DNA of 63,234 bases, the filler included, from Octopus bimaculoides (Eukaryota), in the NCBI RefSeq assembly GCF_001194135.2. It is 5 parts of 4 records of this genome, joined end to end, with 100 filler letters (N's around TTAATTAATTAA, not from the genome) between each part and the next. Parts side by side here need not be neighbours in the genome. Positions count along the whole stretch, not along the records: positions 25,850 to 50,761 come from NC_069008.1; 4 more parts are not named here. One strand, written 5' to 3'. The notes under the pieces were generated by a model. The model searched no databases. It saw only the letters and a program-made list of their open reading frames with translations, and had not been told where the DNA came from. Below are positions 34,672-46,255 of this stretch, one piece after another. Numbering within the stretch: position 1 is the stretch's first letter; every line of letters starts with the position of its first letter. The position numbers were made by a program, and so were the translations under genes.

Positions 34672-35039
34672 GTATTTCGTCTGCCGTTACGTTCTGAGTT
34701 CAAATTCCGCCGAAGTCGACTTTGCCTTTCATCCTTTCGGGGTCGATAAATTAAGTACCAGTTAACGCACTGGGTCGATGTAATCGACTTAATCCCTTTA
34801 TCTGTCCTTGTTTGTCCCGTCTATGTTTAGCCCCTTGTGGGCAATAAAGCAATAAGAAACGTTAGCACGCCGGGCGAAATACTTAGCGGTATTTCGTCTG
34901 TCTTTACGTTCTCAGTTTAAATTCCGCCGAGGTCAACTTTGCCTTTCATTCTTTCGAGGTCGATAAATTAAGTACCAGTTGCGTACTGGATCGATCTAAT
35001 CCAAAAAATTTCGGGCCTTGTACCTAGAGTAGAAAAGAA
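34672..35039 (+). mobile_element. Two tandem head-truncated SINE family B copies
   Basis: The first starts at gtatttcgtct (34672) and has tail type 2. The second starts at agaaacgttagc (~34855) and has tail type 1. Confidence 0.88.
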
Positions 35040-35358
35040 TGTCTTACTCCTGAAATATTCAAGGCAAGTAATATTGATGATGTTGTTCACTCCCTAACGT
35101 AAAATGACGAGAAAACTTTCAATTATAATTTAGTCGCATGGAAATATACAAATCAGTCAATTAATTAAGTACCAAAGTTATTAATTTACTGATTACTACC
35201 AGTGGAAATAACAATGACTTGGATGAACTTCTAAATGAAAACGGAGAATAATTAATAAATTACTCTTGATGTGTATTTCATAATATTCCAGTCTCTGTTA
35301 TTTATGGCTGAAAGTGATTGGGATTAATCCTTTGTTTCAGAATTTATTAAATTACGTT

Positions 35359-35423
35359 GGGGACTTTTAACGTATGTCACCGGTGTAATTGAAACGAGGA
35401 ATAATTATCAACAACACCGCCTG
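35359..35423 (+). promoter_or_regulatory. Conserved upstream block of ZNF paralogue 1 (candidate promoter or 5' UTR element)
   Basis: ggggacttttaacgtatgtcaccggtgtaattgaaacgaggaataattatcaacaacaccgcctg aligns with 46062-46127. Function is inferred only. Confidence 0.5.
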
Positions 35424-36255
35424 TGTTTTGTATGTTTCTAATTAATTGAACTGATCCAATTACATATGTAGTAATTCTCTCGTGCTAAGGTGGACGTAAG
35501 TGTTTGTAGATAAGATAGGGCGACTCGCATGTTTCAGGGTTGGTGTAAGTATTTCATTTCATCGTTAATTGGTTATTCCCTGTTTTGCGAGACAAAGGAA
35601 ATGGGAGCGATAAGTTTTCCTGACAAAACAACTTTTAACGCGTCCTTCAAACCGAAAGTAAATTTACAGATTGCTATCACAGTACACAGTTGGCATTTTA
35701 TTAACTTGTGGCGAACAAACATGACTTATCAGGACTACACGCAAAGCGCTTTGTAGGTGCAAAACCAATGGTCACTCTATGACAGGTCATAACTTCTAAG
35801 TTTCTAAATATATACACACTCACACACATTTCATTTATTTGGCACCGACACATATACGCATATTTTCTTTCTTCGAAATTTATCTTGCACTGCCATTTCT
35901 TCTTTTTTTTTTTTGCTCACAGTTTTGATAATTGAATGTTCTCTGAGAACCAGTATTAAAAAACAGTTCTATAAGAACGTCTGCTACAGGTCATATGGTA
36001 GCGCAAACTGCACCTGTTTACCATATGCTCATGTCTTCTGGAGGAATGGAAGTCTTTGTCTGCAACAATATGTATGCCTTAACTGCAGAGAGCCTTGTCA
36101 GCAACGAACATTTTAGTGGTATATAGAAAATGTATTTTCATTATATATAATTCACAAATATAAACGGAGACCCATGATGTCCGAAACGAGAAATTGAACT
36201 ATCATAGATTATACTCAGACATTTGTCAGTTTTTGAGAATTCCTCGAGAATGAAT

Positions 36256-37587
36256 ATGGAGAACGTTAACCACTCGGATACTTTAAACACAAATGTTTTT
36301 AATGACAGAGATGAGAAAACTGTGGACAAAAATGTTGCTGAATATTTCTGTGAGATTTGTAGGCAGATATTCTCTTCAGAACACGAAGTCCTCACACACA
36401 CAAAAATTCATAGTAAGGAAAAACTTTGCCAACGTGAAATCTGTGGGAAATTTAACAGTAATTTAAGGATACATGCTGGAGAAATACCCGTGTGTTGTGA
36501 AATATATGGGAACTCATTCGTCCCCAGGAGCAACATAAATTCACACAAAATATCACATGCTGCAGAAAAACTTTTCTACTGTGAAATATGTGGGAAATCT
36601 TTCATGAAGAAATCCATTCTTGTTGTTCACATTCGTAGCCACACTGGAGAAAAGCCATATCATTGTGACATCTGTGGGAAAAGTTTTGGAGATAATAGCT
36701 ATTTAACGAAACACAAAAGTTTACACACTGGAGAGAAACCTTTTCATTGTGAAATTTGTGGTAAATCGTTTATCACTCAAGGTCATTTAAAAACTCATGA
36801 AAGGATTCACACTGGAGAAAAACGGTTTCACTGTGAAATATGTGGTAAATCTTTCGTCTCTAATTGTGATTTAAACCGACATAACAGGATACATACTGGA
36901 GAGAAACCCTTCAGTTGTGAGATTTGTGGGAAATCATTCATCACTAATGGTCTTTTAAAAACACATAAAAGGATACATACTGGAGAAAAACCTTATCATT
37001 GTGCTTTATGTGGGAAATCATTTACTCAGAACTGTAACCTTGTTATCCATATAAGGAGTCACACTGGAGAGAGACCTTATCATTGTGACATCTGTGGGAA
37101 ATGTTTTGTTTATAGCAGTGATTTTAACAGACATAAAAGAATCCACACTGCAGAAAAACCCTATCACTGTGAAATATGTGGAAAATTGTTCTCTGATAAT
37201 TCTAATCTTTCAGTTCACAAAAGAACTCATACTGGAGAAAAGCCATTCCATTGTGAAATATGTGAGAAATCTTTTGTTTCTAATAGTGATCTAAGTAGAC
37301 ATAAAATAATTCACACTGGGCAAAAACCGTATCATTGTGACATATGTGGGAAAGATTTCACTCAGAATTCTAGCCTTGTAGTTCACAGGCTCATACACAC
37401 TGGAGAAAAACCTTTTGGCTGTGAGATTTGTGGGAAATGCTTTGTCAATAACAGTGATTTAAACAGACATAAACGAATTCATACTGGAGAGAAACCATTT
37501 CATTGTGAAATGTGTGGGAAGTCTTTTATCACTAATGGGCACTTAAAAAGGCATGAGACAATACATACTCGGAAAAAACTGTTTTGA
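36256..37587 (+). CDS. C2H2 zinc-finger protein, 443 aa from MENV, 13 intact plus 2 degenerate fingers, no KRAB/ZAD/SCAN domain evident
   Basis: Uninterrupted ORF with CxxC-x12-HxxxH repeats and TGEKP linkers. The start was chosen by homology with paralogue 2; an in-frame ATG at 36250 is an alternative. Confidence 0.93.
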   Translation: MENVNHSDTLNTNVFNDRDEKTVDKNVAEYFCEICRQIFSSEHEVLTHTKIHSKEKLCQREICGKFNSNLRIHAGEIPVCCEIYGNSFVPRSNINSHKISHAAEKLFYCEICGKSFMKKSILVVHIRSHTGEKPYHCDICGKSFGDNSYLTKHKSLHTGEKPFHCEICGKSFITQGHLKTHERIHTGEKRFHCEICGKSFVSNCDLNRHNRIHTGEKPFSCEICGKSFITNGLLKTHKRIHTGEKPYHCALCGKSFTQNCNLVIHIRSHTGERPYHCDICGKCFVYSSDFNRHKRIHTAEKPYHCEICGKLFSDNSNLSVHKRTHTGEKPFHCEICEKSFVSNSDLSRHKIIHTGQKPYHCDICGKDFTQNSSLVVHRLIHTGEKPFGCEICGKCFVNNSDLNRHKRIHTGEKPFHCEMCGKSFITNGHLKRHETIHTRKKLF

Positions 37588-37671
37588 TTGAAATCCATGA
37601 GGATTTTTTTGTGAATTTTTATTTTGTAGTTCATAAACATAGCCATGTTGGGAAGTGGTTTGAGAGACCAC

Positions 37672-38140
37672 CAGAAAAATTTTGTCACTGAAATATAAGG
37701 GAATCCATTTTCTGATAACTCTAAACTTGTAGTTCGTGAAAGAATACAGCCTCAGAAAAAAACTGTTTTAATTGAAATCCATGAGGATTCTTTTATTAAT
37801 CATCATTTAAAATCTGTTCTCCATGCTAGTATGGGCTGGACAGTTCAACAGAAGTTAGCATGTTGGAGGGCTGTTCCAGGTACCAGTCATGTTTTGATGT
37901 GGTTTCTAAGGCCGGATACCCTTCCTAATGGCAACCACTTAAGAAAGTTCATAAACATTGCAACATTGGTGAGTTGTTTGAGAAACGATCAGAAAATTTT
38001 TGTCACTGAAATATTCCATTCTCTGATCTTGTAGTTCCCAAAAGAATCCACACTTGGGAAATTTTTTTTATCACTTATGGTCACTTAGAAGCATGAAAGA
38101 ATCTGCACTGTTCCCCTGAAGTACATGAGGATTTTTTTTT
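37672..38140 (+). pseudogene. Decayed zinc-finger remnants downstream of the ZNF1 stop
   Basis: tgtcactgaaatataagggaatccattttctgataactctaaacttgtagttcgtgaaagaatacag reads as a decayed C-E-I-x-G-x-x-F-S-D-N-S-K-L-V-V finger followed by a repeat of the KKLF* end. A second remnant lies at ~37985-38140. Confidence 0.65.
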
Positions 38141-40010
38141 TTTTGTTGATAAATTTTGTAATTTCTCAAATTTAGTCATGTTGGGAAATGTTTGAGAAAT
38201 CATTTATTACTAACAGTCACAAATATATCTTTCACTTGTTTCAGTCCTTTGATTGTGGCCATGCTGGAGCACTGCCTTGAAAAGTTTTAGCAAAACAAAT
38301 CGAACCCAGGACTTTGAGCCTGGTACTTATTCAATCTTTTTTGCCAAACTGCTAATTTAAAGGAATGTAAACACACCAACACCAGTTGTTAATTGTGAAA
38401 CATGAGTTACACTTACAATTCTAAACTTAATGACTACCACCGATGTACACATGCACAGAACAATTATGGAGGTGATATATGTTGAAAATTTTTTTTTTTT
38501 TTTTTTTAGTTATTCTACAAATGAATTGTTATTTTAGAGAAATTGTTTTACCAAAAAAAAAACATTGGAAATATGTTATGAATATTTGTCAATAACAGTA
38601 AAATTATATCTAAGTGAAATATATTAGGAATTATTTGATGTGAAATAAGTGAGTACTTGAAATACTTGTAATTCACTGATGGAAAAACTTTATCATTTAT
38701 TTTTACGTGTTTCAGTCATTAAAATGTGGCCATGCTGGAGCACTGCCTTGAAGTGTCTAGTTGAATAATCCAAACCCAGTAGCTATTTTTTGAAGTCTGG
38801 TGCTTATTTTGTTGGTCTCTTTTCCTGAAATGCCTGGTCGTGGGAATGTAAACAAACCGACAGTGGTGGGAGACAGACACGTGTTTGTGTGTCTTCCCCC
38901 ACCTCCTGCTCCAGCAGCTCAATGCCACTTAATCTTTCTTCTGTCCTCCCCCTGTTAACCATATATTTGCTATCCAACCACCTCCTTATATACCCATGTT
39001 TGCCACTCATTGCATTCACCTTCTCCTCCCCCTCTCTTTTTGCAATCTTATGCACTCCCTCATCCCTCACTGCCCAATCCTCTGTGCCACACCATTTACA
39101 TTCACCTCCTTGTATCTTGAGTGTATGCCCTGACATGTCACCACCATCTCACCCTTTCTCTCTCTTTCCTTCTCTCGGGGTTGCCATGTATCTCCTCTGT
39201 AGCAAAACACCTGGTTATGTCCCTCTGTCATAGTTTAAGCTCTCACCACAAGACACAAAGCCACCTCCCTCAATACAACTCCCCAACTCAACAGGGGAAA
39301 TAATATTTAGGGATCTTTGTCCTGCAAATTATTTGGTGACTTCACTGGTGCTGATGTCTCATAAAAAGCACTCAGTACAGTCTGTAAAGTGGTTGACATT
39401 AGGAAGGGCATCCAGCCATAGAAACCTTGCCAAAGCAGACGGCAGAGCTTAGTGCAGTCTTCTGACTTGCCAGCTTCTGTCAGTCGGTCGCAAACGGATG
39501 TCAAATGATCCTACTTACGACAGGCTTCCACACACTTTCTGTTTACCAAATTTACTCACAAGGCTTTGGTTGGCCTGGGATGGAGTGGTGGTGGGGGGGT
39601 CTTGTAGAAGCCGCTCGCCAAAGATGTAGCGCAATGGGACTGAACCTAAAACCACGTGGTTGCAAAACGAGCTTCTTAACCACACAGCCATGCCTGTAAA
39701 ATCAAAACACTGGACAGTATATGCATGTTCATGTGCGTACAAACACCGAACAGCATCAGTTGGGATATTCTTACAAAAACTTCTCAGAGAGACACAATTA
39801 ATTCCTGCCTAGACATTAAATTGTTCAACAACAACGCCATCACAGAACCTGTTTTTCTCATTCCTATCAGAAATAGATAGCTCCGATATGAAAATATGTA
39901 TTAAGATTTAATGTAAAAAGGGACATAACACTGCCAGTAAATAATGAAATGATTACAAAAAAACTACCAATTACACCATTTAGCATATTATCCCTAATAA
40001 ATATATATGT

Positions 40011-40144
40011 ATACACACTTCAGGAAAGGAAAAATCTGCATAAATATTTTTTAATTTGGTAAAACATCGAGAGAGGTATTTATAGGAGTACTTATACAAG
40101 TTAAATATTTATATAGATTTTTTTTCCTTTCCTGAAGTGTGTAT
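40011..40144. repeat. Inverted repeat (MITE-like), ~38-bp arms
   Basis: atacacacttcaggaaaggaaaaatct..ataaatattt and aaatatttat..agatttttttcctttcctgaagtgtgtat. Confidence 0.75.
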
Positions 40145-40168
40145 TCACTTTTGTGGCAGACATTTTTC

Positions 40169-40215
<47 letters not shown>

Positions 40216-41035
40216 ATGTACACACTATACATAAAATATTAACACAACTTATATGCACGCAATTACTAAACTATATCATTATTTAATGTCTATTTTCCCT
40301 GCTGGCAAGGGTTGGACAGTTTGACAGGCTGACAAACCAGAGAGCTATACTGCTCTAGGTGTCTGTTTTGGCTTTGGTTTTTCAACTGTATGCCCTTCCT
40401 AACGCCAACCACTTTACAATGTGTCCTGGGTGCTTTTTACATAGTAGTAAGCACACGCCATATATAAAATATATTACAACTAATACTCTGTATTAAATGT
40501 TTCAACACACATATACAATTACTGTCTTCCTTGCGCATCAGACTAATAATAACTGTGGACGTCTCTTGGACTTTTCCTGCGTGTTTTTTCTTAGTTTACT
40601 TTGATTATATCTTTTGTTTCATTCATTGGATTGCGGCCATGCTGGGACACTGTCAGTAGTTCCCAAACTTTTTCAAGCTGCCAACCCCTTGACACTCAGG
40701 CCACTTTCTTAGCAAATTCTTAGCCACTCACCACTACAAACATAGACCACTTTCTGCAGCAAATTCAAAACAACTGTATTTCACAAATAGTACTTAACAT
40801 TATTTACCCATTATTTTGTTGTTTTTATATCCATCATCCTGATACTTATTTTATCAGTCTCTTTTGCCAAACTGCTAATTTATAGTGAGGTAAAAAATCC
40901 AACAGCAGTTGAGAAGCAGGATGGGTACTGACAAACACACACACGACAGGCTTCACACAGTTTCTGCTTACCAAATTCGTTCACTAGGCATTGGTCAGCA
41001 TGGGACTATAGTCAAAGGCACTACACCAAGGTGCC

Positions 41036-41086
<51 letters not shown>

Positions 41087-41826
41087 GCATGTATGTGTAT
41101 GCATATATATAATGCATGTTGGATAATTATATGGAAATGTGTACTTTTCACCCTGATAACGATTTCTCAACATCAGAAAATAAACTTAGAAGCGGTTCTC
41201 TCCCCTTATATAACGATTCCCAATAATTCTACCAAGTGTATATCAAACACTGGCCAGATCTTTTAATACGATTCTGTCCCTTTAAGTAATTTCCAGTAAA
41301 TCCACCGAAAAGAAACTTTAAAACCTCCAAAACAAAAACAAAAAAAAATTCTACATAAGTGCAGGACAATGACAATAACAGTGATAAAAACCAGAAATAC
41401 TATTGTTACCTTGCTTCCCAACATCACATTTCTACACAAAATGCATAAAAAATTCTAACACCATCTCCCATAAACATTTCATAAAAATGTAAATGACTTC
41501 AATACTACGGCAGCAACATAAACTAATAAAATGAAAATGTCTTTCACACATAGCATTGTCATCACAGTGTCTCAGTTAACATTTTTTTTTTTTTCCCTTT
41601 TTTACAGCCCCTACACAGGATCCCAAATTCCACATCAATAAAGTTAGGCAGTCCATTTCACTGTGGAGGAGTCTTTTGTAAATCCAGCTTCCAAATTATA
41701 GATGTCAGATAGATACATGAATAATATATGACTGCTCTAGGAACTTCAGCATTCAAAATAAAAACCAGTAACACAAAGCACAATAATATAACACCCTTTA
41801 TATATATATATATGTGTATATATATA

Positions 41827-42215
41827 GGTGCAGGAGTGGCCGTGTGGTAAGTAGCTTGCTTACCAACCACATGGTTCTGGGTTCAGTCCTACTGAATGGC
41901 ACCTTGAGCAAGTGTCTTCTACTATAGCTTCAGGTCAAAGCCTTCTACTATAGCCTTGGACCAAAGCCTTGTGAGTGGATTTAGAAACTGAAAGAAGCCC
42001 ATCGTATATATTATGTATATGTTTGTGTGTCTGTGTTTGCGCCATTCCCCCCCCCCCCCAACATTGCTTGATGCTGGTGTGTCTATGTCCCTGTAACATT
42101 AGCGGTTCAGCAAAAAGAGACTAGAATAAGTACTAGGCTTACAAAGAATTAGTACTGGGGTTGATTTGCTTGACTAAAGGCAGTGCTCCAGCATGGCTGC
42201 AGTCAAATGTCAAAC
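41827..42215 (+). mobile_element. SINE family A, full bipartite copy
   Basis: Head, spacer and 3' body. Confidence 0.85.
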
Positions 42216-42230
42216 AAAAAAGAAATATAA

Positions 42231-42402
42231 AAAGCAAATCAATTGCAAGGATGTCCAGGTATCAGTGCATTAATTAAATGGAGCTGCTTGAAACGGCTGT
42301 AATGCACTGATACCTGGACATTCTTGTTACTTATTTGCTTTTTATTCACCTAATTTTAAGCTAGACAGGCTTGGTGCCTCAACTTAAGTACCTAATTCAA
42401 CT
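42231..42402. mobile_element. MITE fragment with internal hairpin (Tc1/mariner-type end)
   Basis: 27-bp arms at 42246-42272 and 42300-42326. It shares aaatggag..gcttgaaacgg and ggtgcctcaacttaagtac.taattcaactg with ~51630-51766, which ends CAACTG-TA. Confidence 0.6.
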
Positions 42403-42539
42403 GAATCTTAATTATATATATTCAAATATGAACTGGAAGCAGCTCGAGGTATGTAAACAAAATCAAACGCATACACAAGGTATGTTTGTTGTTAGTTTGT
42501 GGGTCAGCTGCATTTTAGGCATAAGAGAATAGAGATAGA

Positions 42540-42715
42540 AGAAATACAGGAGGATCAGTTAATTATTTTATTCAACATTTTCCCCTTCCATATTCACAGA
42601 CTTATTGCAGTGATCCTTCAGTTTTTCTGAGCCCTATAAAAGAACTTGGAAGGTTGGGTCTCCAAAGAGGCCTTTTGCAACACCCTTAAAGCCAGGAACA
42701 TTTCAGCATCCCTTC
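42540..42715 (-). mobile_element. Mariner-derived MITE
   Basis: Reverse complement of the 28684-29145 family. Confidence 0.65.
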
Positions 42716-43671
42716 CTCTGTGTGTGTGTGTATAATGTAAGTGGGATAAAATTCATGCTGTCTCCTCTTGAAACTCTTCTGCTTATTCCAGTACGTGATT
42801 GTTGTATTGATGTGAGTTACACAGAGTTGAAAATTCTGGAAATATTGTTGGAGTTATATAAAACAGGAAGTTGAGAAATTTGGGGGTTTTATTTATCCAC
42901 CATTATACATTTCATTTGCTAATAGGAATCACAAGGAAATTTCCTATTAGAAATTTTTTCAAATAACCAAGTAGAAAATTTACATTTGGATGAAGTATTT
43001 TTATACACACACACACAAATGTTTCTCCAGGTTATATGTCCCGACTATAGTACCTTAACATTTGCCCAAAATTGCATATCATTAGCTGACATAAGTGCTC
43101 CCAAGTACATCCATCTCAGTTTTCAGTAAAGATAACACGAGGTGAAGTAATAACATTGCAACTGAACTCTCTTTGCATCCTAAACAATCCACAGCAACAC
43201 ACACAGCTCAGTGAACCAATTATGACTCCTCTTCTTCAGCCATCACATTCTACCCCACACACCTCACCACCACAACAAATAACTCTGCTTGTATGATGGT
43301 GATACTTGTTTACAACTCTCACATGACTTCAAGACAAAGAAACATGTGTATGTGTATATATATATGTAACGAAGAAATGGAATTCATGAGATTATTAATC
43401 ACAGCGATCATTTCAACCCATATTACATTGGTCCCTTGAGGATGAGATACTGTACAACTGGTTATGATTAATAAAGAATCTTGTGTCTTCCTTTTTCTCT
43501 CTCTCTCATTTGTTATATACTCAACAGACACTGAGGAATTCTTGAGGTAGATCCAGTGACATATCCATACTGTTATCAGATAGCCATAGACAGTGAAAGC
43601 ACCTTAATCGGCATACTACCAGATGTATACTAAAGTTTGAACTATATATAATGTATGTGTGTGAGCGAGAT

Positions 43672-43954
43672 CGTTGCCAGTGGCGCTGGACTGGCTCCTG
43701 TGCAGGTGGAACGTAAAATACACCATTTTGAACGTGGCCGTTGCCAGTACCGCCTACTGGCCTTTGTGCCGGTGGCACGTAAAAGCACCCACTACACTCT
43801 CGGAGTGGTTGGCGTTAGGAAGGGCATCCAGCTGTAGAAACTCTGCCAAATCAGATTGGAGCCTGGTGTAGCCACCTGGTTCATCAGTCGTCAGTCAAAT
43901 CGTCCAACCCATGCTAGCATGGAAAGCAAATGTAAAACGATGATGATGATGATG
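43672..43954 (+). mobile_element. Short retroposon family D
   Basis: ggttggcgttaggaagggcatccagctgtagaaac ... (gat)n tail. Confidence 0.88.
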
Positions 43955-43956
43955 GG

Positions 43957-44480
43957 CCTCCTTCAGTCAGAGCTGACTATGGGTAGTATCCCTGCTGTTT
44001 TCAGCTTCGCTGGAACAGTGTTTCTGGTTGCTAAACAGACCTATACATGAGTGACGGTCTCTGTCACATAGAGCACATTAGGGCTTTGGAGTTACTGCAC
44101 TCCTTTTGCATGGCTCACTTGTCTTCTGCTGTGCTCATTAACTTCTTTTCCCCTGATCTGAGGTGTTCATTCAGGGTGCTCCTCCATGCTGGTCAGTCGG
44201 CTGCGAGGCTCTCCCAGGACTCTGTATTGATGACAAGGGCCTTAATCCTTTTTTACAACTTCCCTGTATCACAGATGAGGTCAACCCGTGGCTCTTCTTC
44301 CAGATGTCAATTCCCTATAGAGAATGTTCTTTGGGATGCAGCCATCTTTCATGTGGTGGTCATGTCCTAGCCAGTACAGTCTGTGTCATCAAAGCAGGGT
44401 GAATATGCTGGGAAGGCCTACATGATTCAGGATCTCAACGTTGGATTGTCTGTTTTGCCAGGATGTGGCGTAGGCTTCTC
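43957..44480 (-). mobile_element. RTE-clade LINE 3' end
   Basis: FHLRSLRHIL, INTESWESLAADRPAWRSTLNEHLRSGEKKL and CDRDRHSCIGLFS. Confidence 0.8.
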
Positions 44481-44513
44481 AGATGAAAGTTGTTGAGTAT
44501 ATATATATACTCG

Positions 44514-44544
<31 letters not shown>

Positions 44545-45276
44545 TATATACACACATACATAACAAGTTTCTTAAATTTCCATCTACCAAATCCACTATG
44601 ACGCCTTTGGTCAGCCTATGGCTATAGTAGTAAACATTTTACCCAATGTGCTATGCACTGAGCCTGAACCAAAAGCTATATGGTTGGCCAAGAATGGAGA
44701 AAGTAGATGTTAAAACAACAAAGATGATTATTCTTGCTTTATCAAAAATCACAAACTGGAAACAACCAATTCTTTCTTTACAAGGAAAGGAATGAAAAAG
44801 CTGGGTTTTGGTAACCAGCTTAGGAATACACAGCCTTGGAGCATGTGTTTACGGGGGAAAATATTGAAAAAATCAATACATATTTGAGTGAGAAAAAAAA
44901 CGAGGGTGGTCTTGCGATGTGCTAGAAACAACAGCTAAATCTCCCTTAAATCACATTTTTTCCTCACCCCCCTCCAAATAATTTTGGTTAAAAATTTCTT
45001 TGTAATCGTAATCTACACCGTTTGAAAGGTATTTGTATAAGTATAAAATTTCATTAAAAAAATACCTATTTTCCTGAAAGTGATGAGAAAATGTCAAGTC
45101 GTGTGAATTTTCCAAAACCCCTCGGAAAATTGTCTTCTACAAATCTCTTCATACACTCAATCTACAAAATTTAAGAGATTATTTGTTGAAAGTTTCGTCA
45201 CAAAGTATCGATTCTTCTGGAAGTTAATTAGCAACTAAGTCGGGAAGGTATACATCTGTAGTTATGCCCTCTACAC

Positions 45277-46028
45277 CAGTGGTTCTCAACGATAGGCTTG
45301 AGGCCCACTAGTGGTTCTGGGAAATTTTCTGGATTGGAAACAAGCTGTTTTTAGCATTCAATTGGTAGTCTTGACCAGCGTTGCCGAGAGATTTGTTCCA
45401 AAACGTAACAAATCTAAAAGATCAAAGAGGAAGTCTCAGATAATTGCACATCAAAGTCACTGGTGTAGCTTTCAATTCACACGCAGTTTTGAATGCACTT
45501 ATGAGAAAAACATAAGAAGTGATTAAAATTTCACTTTTGTTGGTAAGTAACTAATCTCTGCTTTTTGCCAATAGATAGTTCATCATTAATACTCCATCTT
45601 ATTATCACACAGCATGGTTATGCTAACCATGAAATGTTTATGAAAAGATTGCATGATCTCCTTTTGCCATTCATTATGTAATTAACGGTAACTGTTAGTC
45701 TTACCAACCTAATTGAAAGACACCAACGGCAATGTAGCCATTAAATTGCTTCTTCATCTTTTGTATATAAAAATGTAAATATACTTTTGTTCCGTTTTTA
45801 GATTTTTTTTTTCTTTGCTTGCAAGTTCCATAAACAAGTATAACACTGGTGTATTTATTTAACGATTGTGATTATACCTGTACATGAAGCTGGCATGTGG
45901 ACACAATTACTACTTTATGGGGTTTATATTCCGGAAGAGGGTCGGATAACTGGTTTAGAGGTCAGTGGGCCTGGGATTTTTTGATCATAAAAAGTGGGCC
46001 CAAAGGTGAAAATGGTTGAGAACCACTG
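45277..46028 (+). mobile_element. Non-autonomous hAT (Charlie-type) element, 752 bp
   Basis: 14-bp TIR cagtggttctcaac / gttgagaaccactg. TSD ctctacac / ctctatac (7 of 8, close to the nTCTAGAn preference). Internal transposase C-terminal remnant NLIERHQRQCSH*. Confidence 0.88.
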
Positions 46029-46061
46029 CTCTATACTATCAAATAATTAAAACCGCTTCTC

Positions 46062-46127
46062 GGGAATTTTTAACGAATGCCACCGGTAACATTTAAACGA
46101 AGGAAATATTGTCAATGACACCGCCTG
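46062..46127 (+). promoter_or_regulatory. Conserved upstream block of ZNF paralogue 2
   Basis: gggaatttttaacgaatgccaccggtaacatttaaacgaaggaaatattgtcaatgacaccgcctg aligns with 35359-35423. Confidence 0.5.
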
Positions 46128-46255
46128 CTTATAATTTCAGCTGATTTGATTGTTGTCAAGGTAAACAGTGGTCTTTGATAATAATATTCCCGGGAGGAAA
46201 GCAAACCGTTGTTGATTATACTCAAATATTTCTTGGCTTTTCTTCTCGAATTAAT

